Part shown: positions 1-12,270 of the stretch, in pieces
Position numbering within the stretch: the first letter of the stretch is position 1
Layout: every line of letters starts with the position of its first letter
NCBI GenBank assembly: GCA_001662655.1
Contig: KV460274.1
Length of the DNA stretch: 64,000 nt
Source: Pseudogymnoascus verrucosus
Taxonomy: Eukaryota
Strand: one strand, 5' to 3'
The notes under the pieces: generated by a model
Told to the model about the DNA's origin: nothing
The model's input: the letters and a program-made list of their open reading frames with translations, nothing else
Databases searched by the model: none
Translations under genes and position numbers: made by a program

Positions 1-1302
1 AATCCGGGTCCCTGACACCAGCAAATGTGACACTGTTGAAGAAGAAGAATGCGAAGATGACAGCAATGCTTAGGAGAATGCAGATCCAGAGCTTGCGGTA
101 CATGCTGGCCTTGACGTTTTGCTTACGCTCTGTGAGATCCTTAATCGTGTGCGTCAGGGAGTTAAGAGTCCACACATAGAAACCAGTGAGAGTTCCGGCA
201 AGAGGTAGAATAACAAAGAGGACAATGGGTCCTGCATTATCCGGGGTGACTGTCAAACTCGCGATGGCGTAAATGAGGCCAAAGACGAAGTGGGCAAATG
301 CAAGCCAGCGAACGTAAATCATCGTCTTCCCAAGAGTAGGCTTGACAACTCCGTAGCCCATACAGACGATCAGGAGAAGGAAGAACGAGAAAGAGTTGCG
401 GCCAGCGTTCAGAACTGCAACGACAATCATCAATACTTTCGAGCCGACGTTGCTTCCATTGCGGTTTTGGTAATCGTAGAAAAGCCATGTCATCAGCATC
501 TCGACAATCAAGAATATTACGATGGCCGTAATATAGTTCTGAACAGCGAGAATATCGTGCCTATGCTGAACATAGAAGAATCCCCAGAAAACTGCTAGTA
601 AGGCATATACGATAGTCAGGCCCCCGTAAAACGGTAGCTTGGCAATCTGAGCACCATCCAGTTCTCCATAAGCGTTTCGAAATTCCACGACTGCTTGATA
701 ATCAACGCCATCCTCGGCATCTGTGCTAACACAGTAGTATCCCGTGGTTTTGATCAAGTAGTTTGTTGCTGCTATATTCTTCAGATCAATTGCGGTGGTC
801 TTGAGTTCGGATGTCGACGACTCGGTCGCATTTGGCGCCAGAATATATTTGTTCAGATCTGCCTTGTCGCAAAGCTTCCTCTGGACATTCTTTTCGGTGC
901 AAATATATTCTTTCTGAGAGATAGGTTAGTAACGGTTCAGGGGTATAGAACATTGACGTTGTGCATACGGGGGTACCAGGAGCAGCCCCCTCGGGGAACA
1001 CTCCAACAAGCTCCTCATCCTTCCACTCGAATATCACAAGACTGACGGATGCCGCCTTCTGCTCAGCAGGAGGCTTCAGAAATTTGACCAGGATGAATGG
1101 ATCCACGCTGCCTCCCCAAGACTTCCGGCTGTACATTCCAGCGCATTTTAATCTGTTGTCCTCCTTCTGATCCTGCGAATCGAGATTAGCTAACAATCCA
1201 TTATTCCGCCTTGGAATGGATACTAACTAATACAACTTCTCCTGCATTGACCGATGTCAGCAGAAGCCCAGCTAACAGGAGTCCATTTTTCCAGGCCCTC
1301 AT
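1..1302 (-). CDS. PTM1-like / lung seven-transmembrane receptor (GPR107/108-type) membrane protein, 3' end outside window
   Basis: ATG at 1302 gives a signal peptide (MRAWKNGLLLAGLLLTSVNA). Introns follow the first exon (donor GTTAGT) and lie at ~914-968. Motif KCAGMYSRKSWGGSVDPFILVKF...VSLVIFEWKD is followed by hydrophobic helices (GLTIVYALLAVFW) running off the left edge. Confidence 0.8.
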
Positions 1303-1722
1303 GTTGACTGTGCAGGCCGCGTCGCCTTGTAACTAGGCCGGTGGTTTCGGTCCGCAATGCTTCGAGATGCTTTCGAAGCTTAGGTGTCAATCTCGCAGGA
1401 GAAGCTCATCCAGAGTCGGGCTTCGTAGTATAATCAAAGTAGAGCCAAAACTATGTTGTGCCTTGGCATTCAAACGATGTTAAATTATCGATGGACTTGA
1501 CACGACAAGCTGAGGTTAGGTACGTCGTAATAGCTCCCAAGAGGCCCACTGCGCCCCTAAGGCAAACCAAAGCCGGAACCACGGAACAACCCACAACCCG
1601 CCGCTGACGCCACATCCCTGTCAAAACCGAGGCTGACAAAAGATATTTCAGCCTTGACAGCCCCCACTGACAAAGTCAAGAGGCAACATTAATCTATAAT
1701 ATCTACAGCCACACGATCAAAA

Positions 1723-2917
1723 ATGGCAACTCAGATTATTGATCCGGGGAAGGCAGTTGCTGAGGCTGTATCTATTTGCAAGCGCTGCAATAAAGACGAG
1801 GCTACTACGAATATTCGATCTGAGCCAGTCTGTCTGTGAGTAAATGACCCCTCTTCTACCCAGCCTCGCTGACCTCAAAAGGCAATGCTTCACGTACTAT
1901 GTGAACACCAAAGCCATTAAGCGCCTAGAGACTTATAAAGATCGCAACCGGCAATCAGAGACAAAGCGATATTTGCTCCCCCTCTCGTTCGGCGCATCTT
2001 CTACCTCGCTCCTCCATATTCTCGACGAACAACTGCGAAAACAATCGGAGCGCATGGGCCGCACCTCATACGAACTCATTATCACACACGTTGATCTCGA
2101 ATTCGAAGACGAAGTTGCATCTGAGAAGATCCGTTCATTATGGAAGGCGGTGCAAGACCGATTCCCAAAGCACACATACGTCGAGGTCAGCATAGCTGAT
2201 GCCCTCGACATCAAATCGATCGACTGGCCGTCGCTTGGTCTGACGGTCGATGAGCAACTCCCAAAAAAGGAGCGCTTAGCAAATCTACTCAAATCTATTT
2301 CTACCGCAACTTCTCGCTCAGATATCGCCTCCACACTCCTCACGCGCCTCCTGGTATCCGTCGCTGGGAAGAACAGCTGCGGCAGCATCCTCTTCGGCGA
2401 CTCAACAACCCGACTCGCCGAGAAGACACTCACCGAAACTGCCAAAGGCCGAGGTTTCTCTCTCCCATGGCAGGTCTCAGATGGCGCCTCGCCGTTTGGC
2501 GACAGCCTGCTCTTCAACTACCCGATGCGCGATCTCTTGAAGAAGGAACTAGTCGCATTCACCAAGCTCACATCGCCCCCTTTGAGCGGCATCGTGATCC
2601 CAGTCAACACCAAGTCAGCGCTGAGTGCCAGCAGCAAGAGCACAACAATTGATGACTTGATGACACAGTACTTCGAGTCCGTCGAGGAGAATTACCCTAG
2701 TATTGTGGCGAATGTAGTCAGGACATCGAGCAAGCTCAAGACACCAGAGGTTAATGACGGCGCGGAATGCACGCTGTGTGGCATCCCAGTCGCTGAAGGC
2801 ACAGATGGTATTGATGGTTGGAGTGGCGAACAAAGCTCATCCTCACAGCCTACGAGGGAGGTTGCCAGTGCGCGGCCCATATTGTGCTACGGTTGCGCGA
2901 GGTCAATCAATGGTTGA
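1723..2917 (+). CDS. NCS2: Cytoplasmic tRNA 2-thiolation protein 2 (Ncs2/Ctu2)
   Basis: Exon 1 from ATG 1723 (CKRC...EPVC); intron 1836-1881 (GTGAGT...AAG). Motifs LLPLSFGASS, FGDSTTRLAEKTLTETAKGRG, YPMRDLLKKE, ENYPSIVANVVRT, and C-terminal CxxC pairs (CTLC, CYGC). Confidence 0.9.
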
Positions 2918-3841
2918 AAGTGTTGAAAGTCCGTCTGATAGAACTTGAGGTTACTATTCAACGGGCCTTGATTACCCAGAACTGCCTTTCACGGCCTAGA
3001 CACTCTGTGATTCAAGCGCAGCGCAGGTTCGACCAGTGATTGCTATAACACATGGTGTTTCGCAGCATTATATAAGATAATCGAGGTATATGGCAGCCAA
3101 TATATTGGCTAGATGGATCTCGGGCATCATTATATACCTACTGGGATAGAATAAAATGGATCATATAGAGGCATACAGGGAAGGCTAGATGAAATATAAA
3201 CTCCGTACTTCACATTCATTTAATATTTAAATTTCGCTATGAACGTATTATAATTCTATTAGTATAAAAAAACAGTCCATGATATATATCAGTACTCTCA
3301 GATACGATTATATTATTTAACGAAAGGGGCAAAAGACTCATCAGATCTCATTGTTTAAGATCTGATGAGGAGAAAATCACTTGATTTTACATTTGGATGT
3401 TTATGATATGTATATTTATTCACTTGTTATTTTTTGTCCTTTGATTGGTGGGAGTCGAATTCGTAACCTCTTTATTCATCCAAGCCCTGGCCAGATTGTC
3501 CTGACAGTGGTACTCCCACTGCGCCACTGTGCCGCTTGAAAGATGAGGAGTTAAGTTGTATTATAAGGGGCAGTAGGCGTTGGGTGTGAAAGGGGGTGGG
3601 GGATGTGGGGTTAGCACTGAGAGCTCAAGCATGTGTGCACATGACTTGTAGTATAAGCCATCAGCAGGAGACACTATCCAATACAATGTTGTCTATACTA
3701 TCCTACACCACGCTGTATATCAACCTGCATGAAATGCGGCAAGAGAAAACGCCTCTCCACCGTTTATTAATTTCCCAACACCGTCCAATTAACGCCCACA
3801 CACCCCTTGCATCTCGACAGCACCACCCCTCCCCCTCTTCA

Positions 3842-5811
3842 TCAAAACATCTTCTCCCAATCCGGCGTCGCCACAATCTTCCCCATCACCCTCCCCATCC
3901 CCGTCCCACTCATCTCCTCCCCCCCTTCCTCCCCCTTCTCCGCCCCAAGCCCCTGAACCACCACCCCCGTCGTCAGGAAATCGAACTCCGCGCCACGTCC
4001 CAACGCCAAACTCGTACCGCCCCAACTCAACTCCACCTTCCCACTCCGCCTCACCACCAGTTTCCCAATCAATCCCGGCTCCTGCACCAACGCATCCTTG
4101 ACTTTGGATCCGGTAACAGGTCGCGGCACAGCAGCGTCTGCCTCAGCTGCGGGCTCGGCCTTGACTTCTGGCGTGTCGTCCAGGTCGATGGTGCCAGTTG
4201 GTATGTCACTGAGTTGGACATCCACGTCTCCGGGGTCTTGCTTGACAGGTTGTTCCACATTCGCCAGCTTCGGCAGGATAGGCGGAAACTGGAAGAGGTA
4301 CAGCCGACCCTCCTTGTGATCCGGGCTAATCTGTGCCTCCTCGCCCATGAGGACGTCGCCCTCGGTTTGTGGCGGAGCGGCGGTGGTGCTCATACCACCC
4401 AGTTCGCGGGCGAGGATATCGATGTCCTCGAGGTAGCGCTCATATTCTTGTTTATCTTCTTCGGTTTGAAGAACGGGCTTCTTGGCGTTGGCAGCGAGGA
4501 AGGCAGAGGGTCGCTGTGGTGCGGTGGCAGGCGCTGGCTTGGGGGTTTCTTGTGCGGTGGATGGTGATGCTTCGGCTTCAGCGCCGGCTTGGATGTCGGC
4601 CATGGGTGTGGCATCGATTTCCATTTCATCCGCCCCGGCATCTTGGGCTCCTGGCTCGCTCTTCACGACTGGCTCCTCTTGTGGGACGAATAGGCCACCC
4701 TCCTCGGGGGCTTCGACCTTGACCTCCTCTTCCACTTCGACCTTTGTTTCACCACTCGATGAATCTGTGTTGACGAGCATAACACGCGCCTTATGCTCAT
4801 GCCTCGTAAGTCGAATGGGGTTCATCGCATGTCCGCCCGCGCGGCCCTTGCCCTTCCTCGCCCGAGATTGTCCTGTGACAACATCGCCCTCGTCGTCGCT
4901 GATCAGATTGATATGTTCGATATCCGTACGTGGCGCGATATCATCACCCTCTTCCAGTTCTTCAGGATAGACAGGCTCGCTGTATCCACCTCCGCCACCG
5001 CCTCCACCACCTCCACTCCAACCCCCTCCGCCTCCTCCACTTCCACCCCCACCTCCACTCCTATATCCACCGCCATCAGTTTTAATCCTCATGCCCCCTC
5101 CACCACCCGCGCCGCCACCACCAGCACCAGACCTCATCCCACTCCCCGGCCCAAACATCCCCCCTCGTTTATCTGCGCACCATATTAGCCTCACACCTCC
5201 AAATCTCTCTCTCCCCACAAACTCACCTCCCGCCTCAGGCGCCTGCGCAAACGGCCCACTCGCCCTCCCAACAACCCTATCCCTATCATCCCCCCTCCCC
5301 ACCCCCNNNNNNNNNNNNNNNNNNNNNNNCTTCCCCTCCCCCTCCCCCTCTCCCCCCCCTCAAGCTTCGCACTAACCCTCAACCTCTCCGCCTCCTCCCT
5401 AGCGGCCTGTTCCCTCTCCTCCGCCGTCCGTCGCCCAGCACGCGGTATAAACTTCGACGCCGCCCTCGGCGCAGCATTCGCGCCCCTCGCGCCCCGTCCC
5501 CTCAGACTCTCGAGCCTCTGCACCGCCGGCCGCGCTGTCGTCGTCGTGCCGCCCATCGGCGCTACAGGCGCTGTGGATCCACCACCACCTGCAGCCCCGG
5601 AGGTCGTAATGGGCGTGGAGGCAGGTGTCTCGGTCGGTGGTGACGCAGGCGACGTGTTCGGTGACGCCATTTCAACATCCGGTGTTGCTGGTACGCCATG
5701 CGCGGCGTCTACGCTCGCGGGCGTGACTCCCGCGCCGCGACCTCGTCCTCTTCCTCTTCCGCGACCGCGACCCCTGCCACGAGTGGTGGTGGGAGCTTCT
5801 TCAGGCGGCAT
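3842..5811 (-). CDS. RPC53: RNA polymerase III subunit C4 (Rpc53/POLR3D); interrupted by an assembly gap
   Basis: C-terminal Rpc4 motifs YLFQFPPILPKL and GLIGKLVVRRSGKVELSWGG...GRVMGKIVATPDW. N-terminus is RG-rich with KFIPRAGRR. Probable intron 5173-5226 (GTGAGT...CAG). An N-run at 5307-5329 separates two ORF frames. Confidence 0.85.
5307..5329. other. Assembly gap (23 N) within a C/G homopolymer-rich tract
   Basis: Literal N run flanked by C-rich tracts. Confidence 0.98.
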
Positions 5812-6477
5812 GGTTGTGTATCCGGATTATGGGATTGGGGTATATTTCGTGGTTGAGGAGGAGGTAATGGTTCACGCCATGAGAGGTTTGATGATAGTCA
5901 ATGGGTGCTGTGAGCGTGGTGGGGTACAATCGATGCTGTGAACTTTTTGAACAGGGGTGGTGTGCGACTAGGATGGATGGGGTTAGCGGCGCATGGGAGG
6001 GAGGCTTGGCCGAATTGGGGAATTTGCGACAACATGTATTGGCAAGCGCGGGGCAGGAATGGGCGGAATTGGGCGGAAATAGCGGGATTAGCGATATGGA
6101 GGGAGGTACTCTCTAGCGGTTCAGTCGCTGACGGTAATATGTGAGCACAAAGCTGGAAAGATGTAATAAATATAATATTATTTATTGCTCTATATATCCT
6201 TCTATATTCAGTCGTAATACATATGTCTTACCACAATACACTGCTGTGATACCCTATCATTCAGTACAATACAGAAAATAACTGTACCTCCACACAAATT
6301 AGCGCGCTCTCACGTGATTTACCCTGCCAAATCTAGACACAGCCAGAGAGCTTTATATCAACCAGCGCTCCGTATCCCTTGACCCCGAGAGATGAGATAT
6401 ACAGTACCCTCCTAGGTACTAGGCGGTAACCATACAACGGACAGCTGTGATAGAGCAACTGTCCCTATTTTTTAAGA

Positions 6478-7428
6478 ATGGTTGACGATGGATCGAAGCG
6501 CGAGGGACAGCCGCCGTCCTCCTCTCCTCAAGCTGCCCTCCCACCACTAGACTTCATGGACGTTGTGTCTCCAGCTTTGCAAGTTGGCAGTTTAACCGGT
6601 TCGTTCACCACCCTTTCAATTGATTCATTCCCAGACATGGTCGTTCCTCCGCCTGTCTACTTCCCCTACACCTCGTCACGTGTCTCCACCAACCCTCGAC
6701 GAACAATATCCAGACACCCCAACTAACACCCACCCCAGGCGTATCCGGCCTCCTCTTCGGCGCCGTCAGCGGCGTCCTGCGCTCAACAACACCCACCCTA
6801 TTCGCCATAGCATCAGGCCTCCAATGGTTCACCCTAGGCTCAACATTCTGGGGTAAGCCCCCCCCATCCTTTCCCCCCCTTCCCCCCTCTTTTGAAAGTA
6901 CCCTCTTCTAACACCCCCCCCAGCAACACGAACACTACTCCTCCACGAACTCCGTGCCGAAACCGGGGAATCCGCACGCAAAATCTCCGCCAGCGCCATA
7001 GCCGGCGGCGTCAGCGGCGGGATTGGCGGGCTCTTGCGTAACTCTCCCCCCCCTCAATTTGACTTGCCATTGAAACCACGTCTAATATATGTATAGGAAG
7101 CAGAAAGAACGTCCTCCCCGGCTCCCTAATTTTCGCCACCTTCGGCGCCCTCGGGCAGGCGGCATATAACTACGCCGACGCGCGCGAGGGGCGGAAAGTC
7201 GGCGATGGGGGTAAGGAGGAGGGAAAGGGAGGGTGGTTGAATTCGAGGTGGAGTCCTGTGAAGGCGTTGTCGGATGAGGAGTATGAACGGATATTGGAGG
7301 AGAGGTTGTTGAGGCTTGATGCGGAGATTGCGTTGGTGGATGAGAGTATTGAGGCTGTTAAGAGGGGGGCTGCTGATGCGAAGACGGCGGCTGTGAGTGC
7401 GAAGGTAGAGATAGAAGGGAAGAAGTAA
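6478..7428 (+). CDS. Conserved fungal Tim17/Tim22-like small membrane protein (function uncertain)
   Basis: Four exons with introns 6599-6738, 6853-6923 and 7038-7096 splice in frame. The product has Gly-rich helices (GVSGLLFGAVSGVLR, AIAGGVSGGIGGLL, LPGSLIFATFGALGQ) and C-terminal WSPVKALSDEEYERILEERLLRLDAEIAL. Confidence 0.65.
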
Positions 7429-7773
7429 GCGGATGATGTGTCTGTGAGGGGGGGGGGGTATGATATTACTAGATGGAAAGGGGCGCGAAGGAGATTGTAT
7501 CATAGTACAGAGTTGTATCATAGTAGATCATAGTAGACAGACAAAAAAAACCATCATATCAGGATAATTATACTCCGAATTTGGCTATAGAAACACTTAT
7601 TTTTTCTCGGAACGGGAAACCGACATATAATCTCTCAAAGTCCCAATTCAACAACAACAACAGCAAAACCAATAACAAAAAAGCCCATAAAAAACCATCC
7701 TCCCATCCAACCCCCCCCCTTCCCAACCCCGATCCTTGTAAACAATGAACGATCTTGCCCTGTCCCAAAAAAT

Positions 7774-7820
7774 AGAGTTACCCACCCCCATCACCCCTCA
7801 AGAGTTACCCACCCCCATCA
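7774..7820. repeat. Exact 20-bp direct repeat AGAGTTACCCACCCCCATCA (27-bp period)
   Basis: Copies at 7774-7793 and 7801-7820. Confidence 0.85.
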
Positions 7821-8267
7821 ACCCCAGTACCAACCACCCACACACACCCATTGAGCGACCAAGATACAAATCCCACGCCTCAGATCCCAACCTGCAAATG
7901 ATATAACAGAAAGACTAAAAGAGTAATAAACAACAGCACAGCAGCAGCACAAGGAAAAAGGTGTAGTAGTTTTCATCCGGTCGTTAAAAAGTGTGTTAAG
8001 AGTGTTTTTTGAAAAACAAAAAAAATGAGTGTCTATGGGCTACCGAGCCCCGATATGTGTTGTCCTTAACGCCTGCCTGGTACCAGTACAATCAAACAGC
8101 AAAGGAAAACAAAAAGTAGTAATAAAAGAGCTCGCGTAAATGGAGCAGATAGTAGTAGCTGCTGCTGTGTGAGCGTAGTGGTGTAGTGTCGATAAAAGCT
8201 TATACTTGAGAGGGCGGCACCGAGATGCTCGATCGATCGATCGATCGACCGAGCAAGAAACACACGC

Positions 8268-10393
8268 CTATCTCTTCCTCTTCTTATTCTTATCAACCCC
8301 CCCCACGGTGTTCATCGCCATTTCCAGCGGGTAACCCCCATTCGCCGCCGCGGCCTCCATCTCATCCTTCTTCACCTTGACGCCCATATGGCGTCCATAG
8401 CGCCCCTTCCGGCCATTCCCCTCATCCTCGCTAATGCACTGATCAGCGCTCAACCCAGCGTCCTTGCAGCGCTGGCACGGGCGCTGGCGATCACACCCCT
8501 TCTTACTCTTGCGGCAGCGCTGGCAGCGGGGTTTGGAGGATAAGTCCTCCTCATCCTCGCCTAGCTGGTGCTGGAAGTTGATGGCGGACGTGACAGAGGT
8601 CTTGCGCGAGTGGGCCGCGGTGGAGGCGGGGGACATGGGCTGGCGGCCCACGACGGAGGCTGCTTTGGCGACCTTCACCTTCGTCGCGTTGGCGCCGCCA
8701 GGGCGCTGAGTAGTCTTGCTGGGCTTTGCGGACTTGGCGCGAGGCTTGCTAGGGCCCTGGGAGCGGGCGCGGGCTTTGTCGCCAAAGGCGAGACTGAAGT
8801 TGTTGGGGATGTCGTCGTAGACTTCTGGCTTGAAGGTTGCGTCGCGGCCGTCGTCGTAGTCCTCGCTCATCTCGCTGTCTTGGCTGGGCAGGTTGTCGTC
8901 CATGTGCTTGCCGAATCGCTTGACGGCGCCGGGTGGCAGGATGGGGCTGTGTTCGAGCTTCTGGCGGCGAGCTGGGGGGAGCTCGTTTTCGCTCTCGCTC
9001 TCGGACTCACTGGTGGCTCCGGTGGAGGATGCGGCGTCGGCGTGGCCGCTGAAGGTGTCGTCGAGTGTTGACGCGGAGGTTCGGCCGTGGGAGTTGTTCG
9101 ACATATCGCCGAGTCTCATGAGCTGAAGAGCTACGTCTTTGTCTTCTTCAGACATGCAGCTGCCGATCGTGGGATCGGGTGTTGGGAGTATGCCCGAGCT
9201 GTTGCCGTTGGGCGTGATGTTGGTAGACCCTCGCGAGGGTGGGTATGTAGGGCCACCTCGGGTGCGTCGCCCATCATTGTTGGGTGTCGTGTACATCCCA
9301 GGCTGCGCGAAGCCGCCGTTATAGCTTTGTGGAGACTGCAAGACTTGTGGGTGTGCGAATGCGTGGTGTGCTGGTCGTGTGAATGGCAGAGATGCCCGTT
9401 GGTTTTCCATGCGCCTGGCAGGCGACACGGAGGAGTTCGATGTAGCCGCAGGCATCTGGGGAGGAGCAAATAGTGGGAGCTCCTACATAATATAAATTAG
9501 ATTCCATTTGATAGATGAAGGGGCTTGCGTGGAGGCATGGATGAACTTACAGAGCTCTCAAACTTGGCGCGCTTGCGCCTGCCGCCCTCGACGATATTAT
9601 CGAGGCTGATTTCCGTGTTTCCAAGGTGCTCACTCTTGGTCTTGCTGGATACAGAGCAAGGAGCACCATCGCCGCTACTATAGCCGTTGACTCCATCGCT
9701 ATAGATATCTGCAAAGCTGCCGTGCGCACTGGAGTTTCGACTCTTGTACCCCGACTGGGACCTCGCCTTCTTGTTGGGAGGATTGGCGCTTGCCGACGCA
9801 CTGCGACGGCCGCGACCAGAGTTCGGGGAGACGCTTCGTTTGCGTGATGCCCTCGAGTCTGGTCGAGGAGCAGGCTGGCCGTAGCTTAGAGCTTGGGCTG
9901 GCTGCGGTGGAGGCATGTGGTGGCTGTTGCCATTGTAGTGGCCCTGTTCGCCCGTGGTGGGGGAGACAGAGTGATATGACATCGGCCCGTATGTAGGAGA
10001 GACATGAGGGGGGGATGCCTCAATGACACGAACGTAGACGTTCATGTTGTCTCGAAGGTTCTCGTAGCGCGCAATGAGGGTATTGCCTCGCTCGTCTTCA
10101 AAAATGATGCCCGTCGGGCCGCCCGACCCGTTGTATAGGCCATAGAAGTTTTTGACCGTCGTTATAATCGAGTCTGTAGTATCGTGAGGGTATATTTGGA
10201 CTCGCATTGGTAGGCGCGCACGGTATTGCGGCCTCTCCGGGACGAGAAGTTCGAATGCGACGCTCTTCGGGGTCGGATTGGGGACTGGCGACTGCATCGA
10301 ATTGTGCTGCACGGCTGCGCTATACTGAGCATCACCATGTACGCTGGGAGGCGTGATCAATCTTGCATCACCGGCTGCATCGTGGGCAGTCAT
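8268..10393 (-). CDS. Zn(II)2Cys6 fungal transcription factor with C-terminal zinc cluster
   Basis: CQRCRKSKKGCDRQRPCQRCKDAGLSADQC lies near the C-terminus. Intron 9483-9550 joins FESS|ELPLFAPPQM. There is an N-terminal conserved block RARLPMRVQIYPHDTTDSIITTVKNFYG and a basic NLS-like end. First in-frame ATG is 10393; the true start is uncertain. Confidence 0.85.
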
Positions 10394-11759
10394 CGTGCCG
10401 GGTGTATAGGGTTGTTGGGAATTCGGGATGTGGAAAGTCGCTGGGAGACACTGTGCTCTTGCAGGTCCGTCACCGGCCGGACAACCCACTGCGACGAGGA
10501 AAGAAAGAGCGTTGAGAAGAACCTCGGGCTCTGGGGGGGAAATGCAGCCGATTTCTCGATCGCGTAACCTCCTGGAGGGATATAACTTATAGATAGACTC
10601 CAAAGGTTTGGTTGTGGTTCCTATCGAAGCATCGGGTCGAAGGCGTATGGGTCGGGGATTTCGTTCTGGAGGGAAGATGAAGCGTCAGTAACGGGATTGG
10701 CAGGAAAGGGATGGAGAGGATTGTGATAGACTCGAATGCGTCTGGACTGCAAAAGCGATGGGATTCAGAAACATACCTTTTGCTGGATTGTCGTTTTTGG
10801 TTGTTGAGGGCGAGTTGGCGTCGGTGTGTGGTGGTGTTGAAGAGGAGAAGCTGTCAGGCACACAGGCGAGGATCCATTGTGTCTCGCTCGCTCGTCTCAG
10901 AGACCATCCATCCACATAGCAGCGATTTGTGCACGCTGGTTTGGGAGCGTCTGCGCCAATAAATTTGAATTTAGAGTGGAATATTGTTGGCGGCTATGTA
11001 TAATTAATCATTTTAATTTACGGTTCTTGGATTCTGTTTACAGTATTTTACATGGTGGGTTTCCCATACAGTTGATTTCCCAACACAGAGAGACTGACTG
11101 ACCGTCTGGTATGTACGGCGCATACGAGCAGACGGACCATGGGCAAGGAAGTACTGTCTATCACAACCATCTCGAGTAGCACGATACGGCAGATCACAGT
11201 GCGAGGAAGGTTACGTCTTTCACGTTCTTGAGATGAATATTGATAAGTGTACAGGACGGCAATAGGGGCAGATTTGTTGGTCCTGCAGTCACAGCCAGCA
11301 ATAGGGATATATATGCCCCTCATACTGTATATAACTACGGGCTCCAGCAAGAGCAAGGGCAGCTTCATAGTGAGAACCCCCAGTGATCAACATCGCAGTG
11401 ATGGACGGCGCATCGGACGGGCGCAATTGTCAGACAGAGAGAGAGCGAGAGGGAGCCAGGCTCTATTCCGCTCCATCCGCGCGCGCATGCTTGCATCACT
11501 GGCAGTCCAGCCACGGGAACTGGGCCCCTTCCCTTCCAGAGCGTCTAAGTTGTGCCTGCTTACTTACCTTATGATTACTACTTGTAGGAACAGACAATGG
11601 ACTGACTGACTGACCATCAGACTCAGCAATTCTAGCAGCAGATCTTAACCAGCTTGTTTTTACGAGTACCTTGTTCACGCCGCAGCAGGCGCAAAGATGA
11701 TGGGCTGAGGTGGCATGTGGACCAGCCAATGATGCCATGCGCCACGCCGCGAAGCATGG

Positions 11760-12270
11760 ATTTGACACACACACGAACACACGCACGCACACAGAGAGAT
11801 ATACCTATACACTGTACACACACACAGACAATAGATAGGATGCGCGGGTGCGCGGGTGGGGTGGAGTAAGTGAGTAAGTGAGTGAGTGTGGGTGTGTGTA
11901 TGAGTTGTGTGAGTGTGAGCAGGATTACGTGTGGGTGTGGGTATGCGGGTGCGTATGGTATGGTATGGTATGGTATGGTATGGTATGGTCGTATGTGTGC
12001 GCATGGGTTGTGTCTAGTAGAGTAGCTGGGGAGTGGGTGGGAATCGAGGAGAATAGATTGGTTAATCGATGGTTAATGGTCAATCAATGGTCAATAATAG
12101 TAGTAGTGGTGGGATGTAGTGGTGGTGGGTGCAAAGCAAGACAAGAAAACAGGTCAGGATAGACACGGAACTATTGAACTATTGAACTATTGGAACTATA
12201 CACCGTCTTGTATACACCGCATATACTGTACATATCATTACCATTACCATAACCATACCATACCATAGCC
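11760..12270. repeat. Microsatellite-rich intergenic tract: (CA)n, (GTGA)n, (GTATG)n, (GAACTATT)x3
   Basis: Direct reading, e.g. gtatggtatggtatgg at ~11953-11988 and gaactattgaactattgaactatt at ~12168-12191. Confidence 0.85.

Noticed and set aside
3321..3376. Hammerhead ribozyme (CTGATGA and GAAA present near the hairpin)
   Set aside because: Stems I-III and an NUH cleavage triplet cannot be assembled; CTGATGAG is simply one arm of the perfect palindrome.
3596..4567. 323-aa plus-strand ORF
   Set aside because: Antisense shadow of RPC53; no recognisable motifs.
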